A program made the position numbers and the translations under genes. The notes below the pieces were generated by a model. The model saw only the letters and a list, made by a program, of their open reading frames with translations, made no database searches and had not been told where the DNA came from. From an uncultured Planctomycetota bacterium (GTDB lineage Bacteria > Planctomycetota > Planctomycetia > Gemmatales > Gemmataceae), in assembly GCA_963849325.1 (NCBI GenBank), contig CAWKHF010000012.1, forward strand, positions 128,001 through 192,000: 64,000 bases of DNA. Reading direction: 5' to 3'. This document shows positions 42,965 to 55,411 of this stretch, one piece after another; position 1 is the first letter of the stretch; each line of letters begins with the position of its first letter.

Positions 42965-45900
42965 ATGAACCCGCTGGTATTCGCGCTCAAGCGTCCGATC
43001 ACCGTCATGGCCGCGATCGGCGCCATCCTCGTCGCCAGCGGCCTGGCGCTGACGCGGATGAAGATCGACATCTTCCCTAACCTCAACCTGCCGGTCATTT
43101 ACGTCGTGCAGCCCTACGGCGGCATGTCGCCCGAGCAAATGGAGGGACTGCTCACCTTCCCCTTCGAGAACCACTTTCTGTACATCAGCGGCATCCATCA
43201 CATCGAATCGCGCAACATCCAGGGCTTTGCGCAGACTGCGGCTGTACTTCCATCCCGGCACCGACATGATGCAGGCGATCGCCGAGACGGTGGCGCAGGT
43301 GAACCGCTCGCGCGCCTTCCAGCCGCCGGGCACGGTGCCACCCTTCGTGATCCGCTACGACGCCGGCAGCGCTCCGGTCGGCTATCTCGTGTTGGAGAGC
43401 AAGACGCGCAGCATCGGCGAGATCCAGGATGCCGCCTACATTCGCGTTCGGCCGATGGCGGTCAGTCTGCCGGGCGTGTCGGCGCCGCCGCCGTTCGGCG
43501 GCAATCAACGCACCATCGTCATCCACCTGGATCCCGCCCGGCTGCGCTCGTATCACCTGTCGCCCGACGAGGTCATCGCGGCCCTCAACACCGGCAATAC
43601 CGTCACACCGGCCGGCAACGCCCGCATCCTGGACCAGATGCCCATCGTGCCGTCCAACGCCATGGTCCGCGATCCGCAGGAACTGAACGACATCCCCATT
43701 CGTCCGGGCGTGACGCTGCACCTGCGCGATGTCGGCTGGGTCGAGGACAGCACCGACATCCCGACCAGCTTCGCCCTGGTCAACGGCCGCCGAGCCGTGT
43801 ACATGCTGATAACCAAACGCGCCGAAGCCTCCACGTTGTCGGTGGTCAACGCCGTCAAGGCCAAGTTGCCGGAGATGCAAGCGGCGCTGCCGGAGGACAT
43901 CGCCCTGCGTTGGGAGTTCGATCAATCGCCCTACGTGACGCGCGCCATGCTCGGCGTGCTCAGCGAGGGCTTGCTCGGCGCCGTGCTGACCGGCCTGATG
44001 GTGCTGGTTTTTTTGCGCGATTGGCGCTCGGTCGTGGTCGTGGTGCTCAACATCCCCTTCGCGCTGTTGGGCGCGGTGGTGGCCCTGTGGGCGACCGGAC
44101 AGACCATCAACATCATGACGCTCGGCGGCCTGGCGTTGGCGGTCGGCATCCTCGTCGATGAGTCCACCGTCGAAGTCGAGAACATCCATGCCCAGATGGA
44201 GCGGACGCCGTCGGTGGCCCTGGCGGTCTGTCGCGGCAACGCCGAGACGGCGGTGCCGCGCTTGCTGGCCATGCTGTGCATCCTGGCCGTGTTCATTCCG
44301 GCGTTCTTCATGCAGGGAGCGGCCGGCGCTCTGTTCGTGCCGTTGTCGTTGGCCGTCGGCTTCTCCATGATTACCAGCTATCTGTTGTCGAGCACGTTCG
44401 TCCCCGTGCTGTCGGTGTGGCTGCTGCGCCGTCACGGACATGCCGATGCTTCGTTGCACCGCCACGAGCCGCCGAGCGCGGAACAGGCTTCGATGCTCGT
44501 CGCGGCGAAACGAGCAACGGTTTTCTCCAGAACCTACTCCCGCCTGCTGCAAATGATCCTGCGCAGGCGGCTTCTGGGATTGTCCGCCTATGCGTTGCTC
44601 TCGCTGCTGGTGATCGGCCTCGTCGGTGCCGGTCTGGGACAGGAGATCTTTCCCAACGTCGATTCTGGTCAGTTTCAGCTGCGCGTCCGCGCTCCGACCG
44701 GCACGCGCATCGAGCAAACGGAGGAAGTCGCTCTGCAAACCCTGGAGATCATCAAGAGCGTGGCCGGGCCGGACAACGTCGATATCTCCGTCGGCTTCGG
44801 CGGCGTCTCGCCCTCCAGCTACACCATCAACACGGTGTACCTGTGGACGGGCGGGCCGGAGGAAGTCTTGATGCGCGTGGCCCTCAAGCACGGCAGCGGC
44901 CTGCGCATCGAGGACCTCAAACATCAATTGCGCGAGACGCTGCCGCAGCGCCTGGGTGTCTGGTTGAGGCAGCGGCTGCGCGCGCTCGGCGTCGAGGAGG
45001 ACCGCATCGCGGCGCGCCTCGAGGATTTGCGTTTCTCCTTCGAGCCGGCCGACATCGTCAACGAGGTCATGAGTTTCGGCTCGCCGACGCCGGTGGCGGT
45101 GAGCATCGATGGTCCGGACATCAGCGTCAGCCGTCCCTACGCCGAGAAGGTCCGCGAGCAGTTGGCGAAAATCGAATCCTTACGCGATTTGCAATACATG
45201 CAGTCGCTCAATTATCCTTCCGTGGAGGTAGCCGTCGATCGCCAGCGCCGGCCAGAGCAAGGTGACGACCGACGACGTGGCGCGGGCCATGCTGGCGTAC
45301 ACGTCGTCGAGTCGCTTCGTCATGCCCAATTTCTGGGTCGATCCCAAGAGCGGCACCGGCTATCAAGTGCAGGTGGAGGTGCCGCCGGTGCGGTTGGATT
45401 CGGCCAAGGAGGTGGAGCTGATCGCGGTCAAGCAGACCAAGGGCGGACACATCTCGCTGCGTGACGTGGCCCGCGTGCGCGAGGGCGTGGCGCCGGGGCA
45501 GATCGATCGCTACAACATGCGGCGAACGGTGACGCTGACGGCCAACATCGAAGGCGAAGACCTGGGCCGCGTGTCGCGTCGGATTGAGGCGGCGCTGAAG
45601 GCGGCGGGCGAGCCGCCGCGCGGCGTGCGTGTCAGCGTGCGCGGCCAGATCGTGCCCATGCAGCAGATGTTCGCCGGCTTGACGCAAGGGCTGGTCCTGG
45701 CGGTGGTGGCGATCCTCCTGTTGCTGACCGCCTATTTCCAGTCGTTTCGCCTGGCCCTGGTCGTTATCAGCACGGTGCCGGCGGTCCTGGCCGGCGTGGT
45801 TCTGATGTTGTTCGTCACGCGGACGACGGTGAACATTCAATCGTTCATGGGCGCGATCATGAGCATCGGCGTGGCGGTGGCCAACGCCATCCTGTTGTTG

Positions 45901-46263
45901 ACGTTCGCGGAGCGCAGCCGTCGCGGCGGAGCGTCGCCGACCGAGGCGGCGTTGGCCGGGGCGCGCGGTCGTTTGCGGCCGATCCTGATGACCAGCCTGG
46001 CCATGATCTCCGGCATGGTGCCGATGGCCCTGGCCCTGGGCGAAGGCGGCGAACAGACGGCGCCGCTGGGCCGCGCCGTCATCGGCGGACTGCTGGCGGC
46101 GACGCCGGCGACGCTGCTGATTCTGCCGGCCGTCTTCGCCGCCTCGGACTGGCTACGCCTCGGCAAACGCTCGGTCTCGCTCCATCCCCGCGACCCCGAA
46201 AGTCCGCACTTCGTCGCCGAAGAACGTCCCACCCTCGAATCCGTCTCCGGAGGTACGGCATGA
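42965..46263 (+). CDS. RND efflux permease (AcrB/CusA-like; frameshifted)
   Basis: [54 protein letters not shown] and [11 protein letters not shown]. Confidence 0.95.
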
Positions 46264-47633
46264 ACCGCGTTCGTGGCAAGACCTTCCTTCCCCGCATCGT
46301 GGCGGCCCTATCCGCTGCCCTCCTGTTGGCGACGGCTTTGGGCTGCGGCCAACGTTCGTCAGCGACACCACAGCCGCCGACGAGGTCGAACGTCTCGGAG
46401 GCGTTGCGCGTCACCCGGCCCGAGCGGCAGATGGTGCGGCGGACCATCGAGGAACCCGGTCAGGTTGAGGCTTTCGAGCACACGCCGGTTTACTCCAAAA
46501 TCGCCGGCTATGTGTCGGAGGTGTGCGTGGACATGGATGCGCGCGTACACAAGGGCGACGTGCTGGCCCGGCTGTGGGTGCCGGAGTTGGTCGATGCGGT
46601 CAGCGAGAAAGAAGCGTTGGTAGCCAAGGCGAAAGCCGGACTGGAGCAGGCGCGGACGGCCGAGAAGGTGGCCAAGGCGCACTCTCACACCGCCGAGTCG
46701 CTGGTGGCCAAGGCCATCTCCGAACGCAAAAAGGCCCTGGCCGACCACGAGCGCTGGCTGTCGGAGTACGAGCGCATCAAGGAATTGGTGAGCCAGCAAT
46801 CGGTCGATCGGCGCCTGCACGACGAGGCGCGCAACCAGTTCAAGGCGGCGGAGGCGGCCTGCGAGGAGATCGAGGCCAAGATCGAGGCGGCACGGGCGGC
46901 GAGCGAGGAGAGCGTGGCCCAGCACCACAAGGCCGAGGCCGACGTCGAAGCGGCGCAGGCGCATCTGCGCCTGGCCGAGACCGAGACGCGGCAGGCCAAG
47001 ACGATGCTGGGTTACGCCGACATCAAGGCGCCCTACACCGGCGTCATCACGCGGCGCAACGTCCACACCGGCCATCTCCGGCGCTCGGTCTCGGCCGGAT
47101 CGGGCGAGCCGCTCTTCTTGATGGTGCGCCGCGAGGTGGTGCGCATCTTCGTGGACGTGCCCGAGCCGGAAGCGCCGTTCGTGCGCCAGGGCACGCCGGT
47201 GCGTCTGCGCATTCAGGCGCTCAACGACCGTGAGTTCGAGGCGACCGTGACGCGCACCTCGTGGGCGCTGGACCCGGCCAGCCGGACACTGCGAACCGAG
47301 ATCGAGGTTCGCAATCCCAAGGACGAGTTGCGTCCCGGCATGTACGCTTACGCCATCATGACCGCCGAGCACGCCGACGCGTACACGCTGCCGGCCGAGG
47401 CGCTGCTGCGCCAGGATGACACGCGCTATTGCTGGCAGTTCCTCGACGGCAAGGCGGTGCGGACGCTGGTGCGGCCCGGTCCGCGCCTGGGGACGCGGAT
47501 CGAAGTGCTGAAAAAACGGTTGCCCGGCCCAGACGGTCGCTGGCAGGACTTCACCGGCGACGAGACGATCCTGCTCGGCGACGTCGCTGCGCTGGCCGAC
47601 GGACAAGAGGTGAGCCTGGCGGCGGCGAACTAA
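46260..47633 (+). CDS. RND periplasmic adaptor (membrane fusion protein)
   Basis: ALGC lipobox, SKIAGYV, coiled-coil region, [18 protein letters not shown] and LRPGMY. Confidence 0.93.
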   Translation: MNRVRGKTFLPRIVAALSAALLLATALGCGQRSSATPQPPTRSNVSEALRVTRPERQMVRRTIEEPGQVEAFEHTPVYSKIAGYVSEVCVDMDARVHKGDVLARLWVPELVDAVSEKEALVAKAKAGLEQARTAEKVAKAHSHTAESLVAKAISERKKALADHERWLSEYERIKELVSQQSVDRRLHDEARNQFKAAEAACEEIEAKIEAARAASEESVAQHHKAEADVEAAQAHLRLAETETRQAKTMLGYADIKAPYTGVITRRNVHTGHLRRSVSAGSGEPLFLMVRREVVRIFVDVPEPEAPFVRQGTPVRLRIQALNDREFEATVTRTSWALDPASRTLRTEIEVRNPKDELRPGMYAYAIMTAEHADAYTLPAEALLRQDDTRYCWQFLDGKAVRTLVRPGPRLGTRIEVLKKRLPGPDGRWQDFTGDETILLGDVAALADGQEVSLAAAN

Positions 47634-48403
47634 ACATCGCGGCGCGAGAAGTACGCCAATCCGACCAGCGCCGTCACGCAGCAGGCGATGAGCGACCAGC
47701 CGACGAACTGTGCCAGGCTGTTGAGGTCGTAGTGTCCTTGCAGGATGTGCGGCAGGCGCTGCAAGGCGCGATCCGGCGACGGATAGCGCGGCGGCAGAAG
47801 TGACAGCAGAAAGCCGCCGCCGCAGAGGATGACCCACAGCACGGCGATGCCGAGCACGGTGCTGTTGGCGATGGCGCTGACCGTCACGCCGCAGGTGATG
47901 ACCGCCGCCAGCAGCGCTGCCACCGTTATCAGCGCCACCAGGCTGCCGTCCCACGACAGATCTTCGTGCAGCAAGAACAGCGCGCTAACCAGCGTCACGA
48001 TGCCCAGCCCCAGGAAGGTGCCGAGCACGGTGACGAGGCGAGCGTGCCATTTCCCCATGAAGTACTGATAACGGCTGATGCCGCGACTGAGTACGGAGTC
48101 GGCCATGGTGCCGCGCTCCGACGAGATGCTGCCGGCCGTCATCACGCAGATGATGGCGGCGCTGCCCAGCACAATCCAGCGCAACAGGTGGCTGATGTGC
48201 AGCGACGCCGACTGCATGATGCCGACTTCGTGATAGATGCCGAAGCGGTACAGCAGATAGCCGACCGTAGCCAGGACCGACAGCAGCACCCAGAAGCGAT
48301 AGACCCAGCTGCGCAGCGTCTGCCGCACGTCGGCCTGGAAGACGGCCCAGTAGGGCAGCCAGCGGTTGAAGGTAATCGGCTTTTTCTCGGCGACAGCATC
48401 CAT
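47630..48403 (-). CDS. ABC-2 type permease
   Basis: About six TM segments; ISSERGT, SRYQYFMGK and FSRRDV. Confidence 0.88.
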   Translation of the reverse strand: MDAVAEKKPITFNRWLPYWAVFQADVRQTLRSWVYRFWVLLSVLATVGYLLYRFGIYHEVGIMQSASLHISHLLRWIVLGSAAIICVMTAGSISSERGTMADSVLSRGISRYQYFMGKWHARLVTVLGTFLGLGIVTLVSALFLLHEDLSWDGSLVALITVAALLAAVITCGVTVSAIANSTVLGIAVLWVILCGGGFLLSLLPPRYPSPDRALQRLPHILQGHYDLNSLAQFVGWSLIACCVTALVGLAYFSRRDV

Positions 48404-48418
48404 GATCGGTCCCCAAAG

Positions 48419-48527
48419 TTCACCACGAATCACACGAATAAAGAAGAAAAAAGAGAATTAAAGAAGCGCGGCTGGGCCATTCTTGTCTTTGGTTTTTATT
48501 CGTGTTATTCGTGTGATTCGTGGTGAA
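48419..48527. repeat. CACGAATCA-unit inverted repeat, copy 2
   Basis: TTCACCACGAATCACACGAATAAA...TTTATTCGTGTTATTCGTGTGATTCGTGGTGAA. Confidence 0.88.
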
Positions 48528-48538
48528 ATATTTATTTG

Positions 48539-49540
48539 TTATGCCGCTTCGTTCTGATAAATGCGGGCGAAGCCGCGCGATTCTTCCTTCTCGACGAGAT
48601 CGAGAAAGGCTTGCTCGGTCTGCTGGCCAACGCTGCGGATCGACACCAGCGTGACCTTGTTATCGTTGAGCGTCATGAACACGTTGGCCAGCGCCGCGGT
48701 GTTGACGGCCTCGTCTTGCAGATACAGTTCCAGGCGGCGCTGACGGATGTTGACCAGCTTGAACTCCGGCAGAGCGCGGATGGCCTGCGTCGCCTTGGCG
48801 ATCGCCTTCTGATCGCCTTCGAGGTCCATCTCGAAGTGATTGCGGCGCATGCGGCCCTTGAGGTCTTGCAGCGAGCCGCAGTAGATGAGCTGACCGTGAC
48901 TGAGCACGGCCGCGTGATTGCACACCTCGTCGATGTCGCCGAGATTGTGGCTGGAGACGATCAGCGTTTTCTCGCGGCTGAGGGTCTTGATGAGTTCCAA
49001 CATGCTTCGCCGCGCCTCGGGATCCAGTCCGTGCGTCGGCTCGTCCCAGATGAGCAGTTCCGGCTCGTTGATGAGGCTGGTGGCGACGGCCAACCGCGCC
49101 GTCATGCCGTTGGAGAAGCCGGCAATGGGATCGCCGGAGACGCGCAGCAGATCGACGGCGCGAATGAGCGAGGCCAGGCGCGGTTTGCGTACGTCTTTGG
49201 GCAGGCCGAACAAGCGAGCCATGTAGTCGAGATAGGTAATCGGCGTCATGCCGCGCGGAAACTGCGGATTGGTGGGAATGTAGCCGATACGGCGGCGCAG
49301 CTCGGCGGCGTTGGGCGACATGAATTTGCCGAAGACCTTGGCCCAGCCGGCGGTCGGCCGATGCAGGCCGATGATGAGACGCAGCAGGGTCGTCTTGCCG
49401 GCGCCGTTGGAGCCGAGTAGCCCCAGCACACAGCCCGGCTCCAACCGCAGCGTCACGTCATTGAGGGCGATCTGGCGGTTCTGGTAAATCTTGGTGAGCT
49501 TGAAGGTTTCGACCACCACATCGCTGGAGTTCTCGGCCAC
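48539..49540 (-). CDS. ABC transporter ATP-binding protein
   Basis: GSNGAGKTT, FSNGM, WDEPTHGLDP and SSHNL. Confidence 0.93.
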   Translation of the reverse strand: MAENSSDVVVETFKLTKIYQNRQIALNDVTLRLEPGCVLGLLGSNGAGKTTLLRLIIGLHRPTAGWAKVFGKFMSPNAAELRRRIGYIPTNPQFPRGMTPITYLDYMARLFGLPKDVRKPRLASLIRAVDLLRVSGDPIAGFSNGMTARLAVATSLINEPELLIWDEPTHGLDPEARRSMLELIKTLSREKTLIVSSHNLGDIDEVCNHAAVLSHGQLIYCGSLQDLKGRMRRNHFEMDLEGDQKAIAKATQAIRALPEFKLVNIRQRRLELYLQDEAVNTAALANVFMTLNDNKVTLVSIRSVGQQTEQAFLDLVEKEESRGFARIYQNEAA

Positions 49541-49613
49541 GCCATTCCCTCCGTCGATCCGCACGACACGCGGCCCAAGTATACGCGCAGGCCGCAGCGT
49601 GTGAATAGATCAA

Positions 49614-49679
49614 CTGGCGAGCGGGGGGCGTAAGCCCCCTGTTGGTTCCTACAGGGGGCTTACGCCCCCCGCTCGCCAG
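49614..49679. repeat. Palindrome family C copy (supplies the DegT stop codon)
   Basis: CTGGCGAGCGGGGGGCGTAAGCCCCCTGT, loop, then its reverse complement. Confidence 0.9.
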
Positions 49680-50838
49680 GGTTTCCACCGCGCAACCGTT
49701 CGGCGTGTACCTGAATCTTCGCGGCGGCAAGGGCGACCTGCTCCACGTCGGCGTCGCTGCCGAGCAAGACGGGATGGTGCAGCACGACGGACCCTTGATG
49801 GGCCTGTTCCGCATTCGGTAGCGAGCCGGCCCCGCGCCAGCGGCTGGGGGAACGTCCCACGTGCAGGGCGCGAAATCCTTCATCGAGGGCGATCCCCTCG
49901 GCCCGCATCGCCGCCACGAAGCGGCGCGGTCCAGGCCAAAACCGTCCGCATCGAACTGGAACCCCAGCTTGTAATACGACGCTTCACTGTCTTCGAGGTC
50001 GGGATTGTGCAACGGCCGAAAACCGCGAACGGATCGCAAGCGCGGGCACAGGGAGCGCACACGGCGCAGGCGGTGGGCGTTGCGCTCGGCGAGGCGGTCG
50101 AGTTGGGGCAGCAGCACGGCGGCCTGGAGTTCGGACAGGGGACAGACGTGATTGCCGCGCTGGAGCCACAGACGAGCGCGCTGGGCCAAGTCCGCCCGAT
50201 GGGTCAAGAGGACGCCGCCGCGACCGGCGGTCAGCAGCTTGGAGCCGCCGAAGCTGAGTACGCCCACGTCGCCCCAGGTGCCGGCCGGACGTCCCTGCAC
50301 CCGCGCGCCAGGCGCCTGGGCCACGTCCTCAATAATGGAGACGTCGTGCTCCCTGGCCAACTCCACGACTCGGCGCATCGGGACCAGGCCGCCGTGCAGG
50401 TGCGAGACGATGGCGGCGCGGGTGGCGGAACCAAAGGCGGCGCTCAACCGTTCGGGATCGAGGTTCCAGTTGTCGGCATCGACATCAACCAGCACCGGAC
50501 GGGCGCCGACAGCGTGGACGCTGAGGAAATTGCCGCCGTAGTCGTAGGCGGCCATCACCACCTCATCGCCGGCGCCGACCTTCAACTGCGCGCAGCGCCA
50601 GCTCGACCGCGAACGTGCCGCTGCCGCAGGTCAGGGCGTGAGCGACGCCGTACTCGGCCGATAGACGCGCCTCCAGCCGCTCGACGTGTCCGCCATGATA
50701 GCGGCCCCAGGAACCGTCCCGATACGCCGACAGCATCGCCTCCCGAACGGCGTCGTCGGCAATCGGCCAGTCCGGCGGACCTTGTGGCCGGATCGGTTCG
50801 CCGCCCAAGAGCGCTGGCAAGTCGGTGTCTGTGGTCAT
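49660..50838 (-). CDS. DegT/DnrJ/EryC1/StrS aminotransferase (frameshifted)
   Basis: PALLGGEP, SGTFAVELAL, IIEDVAQAPGA, SFGGSKLLTAGRGG and SELQAA. Confidence 0.9.
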
Positions 50839-51623
50839 GACGCCGTTCCCGGCGGAGGGATCGAAGGGAGAAATTGCCGCGACCAGTCGGCGTCGTCGGG
50901 AGGGAGCGGCGGTTGGGGCGAGCCGGTGTAGATGTAATCCTCATAACCGGCGGCATCGTAGAGACGGTTCAGCGCCTGTTGCAAATCGATTTGGGCGTCC
51001 GCGTCCGGCGCACGCAGGGGGATGGGGATGACGGGCAGACGCTCGCGGAGACGCAACGGCCAGATGCCGACTCCCGGCCGTTCCTCGGCGCGGCTGACGA
51101 GAACGCAATAATCGCAGTCGGGCAGTTCTTCCAGAGGCAAGCGCGGGCCGCCGCGCAGCAAATCGATTTCCACGATATGTACGGAGCTGGCGGACAATTG
51201 CCGGCGCTTGGCGAGGTATTGGGCCCGATCGGGTCCGAGTCGTTTGTTCGAGGGGCTGAGCACTTCAAGGACCGTGACCAGATGGCGATTATGGCGATCT
51301 CGAATTTCGAGATAAGAATGGCGCTCGACGTCCACGGGGGGAGACCATCGGCCATACATCGGGGCTTCGAGTGTTGCTCCCGCGGTTGGGAGCCTTGCGC
51401 CCGACGGCGAACGAGTCAAGGAGACGTTGGCCCGTCCGAGAGGACGCCGCTCGTCTTCGGGAAGTTCGTGAATGACGAGATATTCTTCCACATGAGCCAG
51501 GTAAGCGGGCCGTACCTGTGTCGCCAGCATGTCGCGCAGGAGCGGAAGGAGGCTCTGGTGAAAGTCTACCCAAACGTCTTCCTGTTCCAGGTAGGGATTC
51601 ATTCCTGGAAATGGCGAAGGCAT
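50835..51623 (-). CDS. DUF4058 family protein
   Basis: MPSPFPGMNPYLE, EVLSPSNK, EIDLLRGG and LPVIPIPL. Confidence 0.93.
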   Translation of the reverse strand: MPSPFPGMNPYLEQEDVWVDFHQSLLPLLRDMLATQVRPAYLAHVEEYLVIHELPEDERRPLGRANVSLTRSPSGARLPTAGATLEAPMYGRWSPPVDVERHSYLEIRDRHNRHLVTVLEVLSPSNKRLGPDRAQYLAKRRQLSASSVHIVEIDLLRGGPRLPLEELPDCDYCVLVSRAEERPGVGIWPLRLRERLPVIPIPLRAPDADAQIDLQQALNRLYDAAGYEDYIYTGSPQPPLPPDDADWSRQFLPSIPPPGTAS

Positions 51624-51696
51624 ATTTTTCTCCCCGAAGGGACAACCGCGCTCCGTTTATTCTATCGCCCCATCCCGCCGGCAACAGGACGGATGC

Positions 51697-52863
51697 TTAC
51701 AACAAGCGTTCGATGACGGCGTCCGCCACATACTTGCCCGGCCGCGTCAAGCGAACGCCGCCGCCATCCTCGGCGAGAAACCCCTGTTCGACGAGGTGCC
51801 TCAACGCCGGCCCGGCGAGGGCGTCGAGATCGAACCCCGTCTGGGCACGAAAGGCGATTCGGTCGATGCCCTCGGCGCGGCGCAGCTGCACGGCCATCGT
51901 CTCGCGGGCGCGTTCCTCCGGTCCCAGTTCCTCGGACTGCCAGGTGACCGATTCGCCGGACAGGGCGCGGCGAAGATAGCGGTGCAGGTCGCGGGTGTTC
52001 AGTTCGCGGCGACCGTGGACGTAGCGCGCGGCGCCCATGCCGAAGCCGAAGTACGCTTCGTTGGCCCAGTAAACCTCGTTGTGTCGGCAGCGCCGGCCGG
52101 GCCGAGCGAAACTGGAGATTTCATAGTGCTCTAGTCCCGCTGCCTCCAGCGTATCGATGGCCAACACGTACAGCGCCAACTCTGTGTCCTCGTCCAGCGC
52201 GCGCACCAGCCCGCGCCGGCGTCGCTTCCACAGCGGCGTTCCCTTCTCGTAGGTCAGCCCGTAGGTCGAAAGATGGTCCGGTCCCAGGGACAGGGCGCGT
52301 TCCAGATCGGCGCGCCACCCACACTCCGTCTGTCCCGGCACGCCGAAGATGAGGTCGAGTGAGACGTTGTCAATCCGCCGCCGCACCCGCGCGACGGCGC
52401 GGGCGATCTCGCCGGGGTCGTGCGCCCGTTCCAGCGTACGCAACATCTCGGCATCGAACGATTGGGCCCCGAGACTGACGCGCGTGACGCCGTGGTCGGC
52501 CAGCACGTCGATCTTGTCGGCGGTGAGCGTGTCGGGGTTGCACTCGACGGAGAACTCCGTCTCGGCGCCCGCATCGAGGAGCAGCCAGCGCCGGAGGATC
52601 GAGAGCAGGCGTTGGAGTTGGGCGGCGCTGAGGTGCGTGGGCGTGCCGCCGCCGAGGAACAGCGTTCGCACCGGCTGTGGCGTGCCGAGCGCGGCCATCT
52701 CCGCGGCGAGGGCGTCGAGGTACAGCTCGATCTGGTCGTCCTGGCCAGTGGCGATGGCGAAGTCGCAGTAGCCGCAGTGGTGGGCACAGAAGGGAACGTG
52801 GACGTAGGCGGCCCTCGGCCCCAACCAGGCGGGAAGCGCGGCCGCGTTGTCGAGGGGTTGCAC
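51697..52863 (-). CDS. hemW: Radical SAM heme chaperone HemW (HemN-like)
   Basis: YVHVPFCAHHCGYCDF, GGGTPT, RVSLGAQSF, YEISSF and HNEVYW. Confidence 0.9.
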   Translation of the reverse strand: MQPLDNAAALPAWLGPRAAYVHVPFCAHHCGYCDFAIATGQDDQIELYLDALAAEMAALGTPQPVRTLFLGGGTPTHLSAAQLQRLLSILRRWLLLDAGAETEFSVECNPDTLTADKIDVLADHGVTRVSLGAQSFDAEMLRTLERAHDPGEIARAVARVRRRIDNVSLDLIFGVPGQTECGWRADLERALSLGPDHLSTYGLTYEKGTPLWKRRRRGLVRALDEDTELALYVLAIDTLEAAGLEHYEISSFARPGRRCRHNEVYWANEAYFGFGMGAARYVHGRRELNTRDLHRYLRRALSGESVTWQSEELGPEERARETMAVQLRRAEGIDRIAFRAQTGFDLDALAGPALRHLVEQGFLAEDGGGVRLTRPGKYVADAVIERLL

Positions 52864-52887
52864 GCACTTGTCCTTCGGCGACGGCTG

Positions 52888-53034
52888 AGAGTCTGTCCCG
52901 GAAGCCCCTCTCCCCCTGTACTCCGGGGGAGAGGGGTTGGGGTGAGGGGGTGTGCTTTCCGCCGGTTTCTCCCCCTCACCCCCAACCCCTCTCCTCCGAG
53001 TACGGGGGAGAGGGGGGCTTGTGGGACAGACTCT
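52888..53034. repeat. MITE/REPIN-like element with nested inverted repeats
   Basis: Termini AGAGTCTGTCCC / GGGACAGACTCT, with internal CCCCTCTCCCCC...GGGGGAGAGGGG hairpins. Confidence 0.82.
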
Positions 53035-54301
53035 TACTTCTCGGTCGCCTCCATCGGTTTGGCCGGCTTGACCGCGCTGTCGGCGGCGCCCTTGAACAGC
53101 TCCTTGCTGGGCGGATCGTTGTCGGGAGTGGTGAACCAGGTCAGGTCGCCCGGTTCGGCCAGGTCGCCCTTAATGATGGCCTGCAACGTCTTCGTGCCGC
53201 GATCGACGACCTGGGAGACGTAGGCGTTCTTGCCGCTGTCCGCCTTGAGGGCGGCCAGCGCTTCGCTCAGGCGCGCCGCCTCGATCTTCCACGGCTTCCG
53301 CCGAGCGATGACCTCCTTGCCGCGATCCTCGTTGGCGGCGACGCCCAGCGCGGCGATGGCCTTGCCGATCAGGTTGGCCGCGTAATCGGGCTGATAACTC
53401 TTGTCCTGCGCCGACAGCACGCGGGCCAGTCCCAGGGCCGCCTCCACGCGCTCATCGACTCGCGGCGACGGCTGGATGCGCTCGTCGTCGCCGGCGAACC
53501 GCGCCAGCGTCAGCGCCGGCCGAAGCTTGTCGTTGAACGCCGACGTGCGGACCTGCGCCAGCGCCCGCACCGCCTCGCGGCGCAGCATCCGATAACCGTC
53601 CAGCTCCTCCAACGAGGGCTCGGCCGGCAGGTCCGGCTTGCGTTCGAGGAACGCGATGAGCGCCCCGCTGCACTTGGCCTCCTCGTCCTTGCTCATCACG
53701 GGCGGCATGGGCTGCAGCGCCGCTCGGGCCAGCAGCGCGCGCAGGCCGCGCAGGGCGTAGAAGCGGATGTCGTCCCTCTGGTTGGCGTCCTGGAGCAGGG
53801 CCAGAAGCGTTTCGGCCAGCTTGCCCTCACCCAGCTCGGCCACCTTCGCCAGGACGCGAGCGTTGTAGAGCTTGTGGATCGGCTTGGCCTTGTCGTACTG
53901 GATGACCTCCAGGGCGCGGAGACGCACCTTCTCGCGGTAGATGTCGGCCAGACCCTGCGTATTGGGCTTGTTGCGATTGATGTCGTTCAGATCGCCCTCG
54001 AATTCCTTGAAGGCGCGATCAACCTGACCGGGGCGTTCGTCGAGGTGGTTGAGGTAGACGCGATAGGTGGCATACTTGGCAATTACGTCGATGGCCTCGA
54101 CGTGCGACTTGTCGTTGGGGTCGGCCTGTACCTGTCCCTTGAACAGCGCGGGGATGAGCTGGCGGTGCGCGCGGTACTTGTTCTCCAGGACGGCCATGCC
54201 GTCGTTGAGGGTTTGCGCCGCAGCGCGCCGAGCGGCGACAGCGCCAATGCGCCCAATGCCAGGGTCCATATCCGATTCGACCGACGAGTATGCGGAGTCA
54301 T
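53034..54301 (-). CDS. Secreted helical-repeat hypothetical protein (frameshift near the signal peptide)
   Basis: MTPHTRRSNRIWTLALGALALSP joins AAAQTLND... in another frame. Ala/Leu-rich HEAT-like segments. Confidence 0.65.
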
Positions 54302-54413
54302 CAGCAGCCACCTCAAGATATGCGTTCTCACGAAGTCCCGGCCCGGAGGAGAGCGAAGGTTTTCCAAGAAGACGGGCCGATGTTGTGAGGCTAACAGCCG
54401 AGTATAACCCCTG

Positions 54414-55265
54414 TCAACAGGGGCCGATGGCGCGTTTCGCCCCAGAGAGAAAACCCCGTGGGGGAGGCGGACGTTGGCGCGACTCGTGCCAACCGTCGGC
54501 GGCATGGCGGCGGCAGGCGAGATAGAGAGAACGGTGCTCGGCGGGCGTGAGATAGCTGAACGGCGCGGCGGACTCGGCGGCACGGAGCCAACGCCGCGCC
54601 GGCTGGTCCTGACCCAGACACGCCCAGACCTCGTGTAGATACCAGCACGGCCGGGCCTCGTCGGGCCGTCGCCGCCGGGCCAGCGTCAACTCGCTGGCGG
54701 CCTGGCACAGCAGACCCTCGCTCGACGGCTCGGCGTCGGCGTCGGACAACTCGCCGCGCCGCCGCGCCAGCCAGTACAGGCCGATGCCGCGGTGCAGGTG
54801 CATCGCGTACTCGTCTTCCTCGGCCTGGGCGATGTCGAGCAATCGACTGTGACAATGGACCAGGTGCTGCCGAGCCAGCGCGTCGTGGTCCTGCAAGTCC
54901 GCATCGAAGCGCTCGAACTGTGCGCGGGCGGCCTCGGTTCGATCCAGGCGCAGCAGCAACTCCGCGTACTGGCCGCGAACGACACAGTGGTCCGGCTGCG
55001 TCCGCAGGTAGCGCTCCAGCTGCTCGGCCGCCAACTCGTCCTGCCCCAGCGCGAGGTAAGCGGCCGCCAGACTCAGATAATTGCGGACCAACTCGGGGTC
55101 TTGCGCCAGGCTCAGCCGGAAGGAGGCGATGGCCTGTTCCGTCTGTCCTTCGAGCAGGGCTTGCTGCCCCTTTTGCCAGGCCGGCAGACCCGTCGATGGT
55201 GCGGCCGGTTGGGTCGCCTGCGCCGGCAGTAGAAGGGCGAGAACGATCCAGGCGTGACAGGTCAT
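54414..55265 (-). CDS. Secreted TPR-repeat protein
   Basis: Signal WIVLALLLPAQA; TPR-like GQQALLEGQTEQAIASF and LAAAYLALG. 3' end uncertain. Confidence 0.75.
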   Translation of the reverse strand: MTCHAWIVLALLLPAQATQPAAPSTGLPAWQKGQQALLEGQTEQAIASFRLSLAQDPELVRNYLSLAAAYLALGQDELAAEQLERYLRTQPDHCVVRGQYAELLLRLDRTEAARAQFERFDADLQDHDALARQHLVHCHSRLLDIAQAEEDEYAMHLHRGIGLYWLARRRGELSDADAEPSSEGLLCQAASELTLARRRRPDEARPCWYLHEVWACLGQDQPARRWLRAAESAAPFSYLTPAEHRSLYLACRRHAADGWHESRQRPPPPRGFLSGAKRAIGPC

Positions 55266-55411
55266 CGGCGGGACCTCAACGTGTGACCCCGGGCGGAGGG
55301 AAGCATCCACACACGTTATCGCCCGGCCTGAAGTGCGGGATTGACCGAAAAGAGGGAATGTGCGGGAAGAAGGGGTGAAAACAGAGAAGAGATAACAGCG
55401 CAGTTCCGAAC

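Noticed and set aside
47630-52863. Radical SAM, DegT aminotransferase and ABC exporter as a natural-product cluster
   Set aside because: The radical SAM protein has ordinary HemW motifs, DUF4058 is a widespread planctomycete family, and no precursor peptide or scaffold synthase is present.
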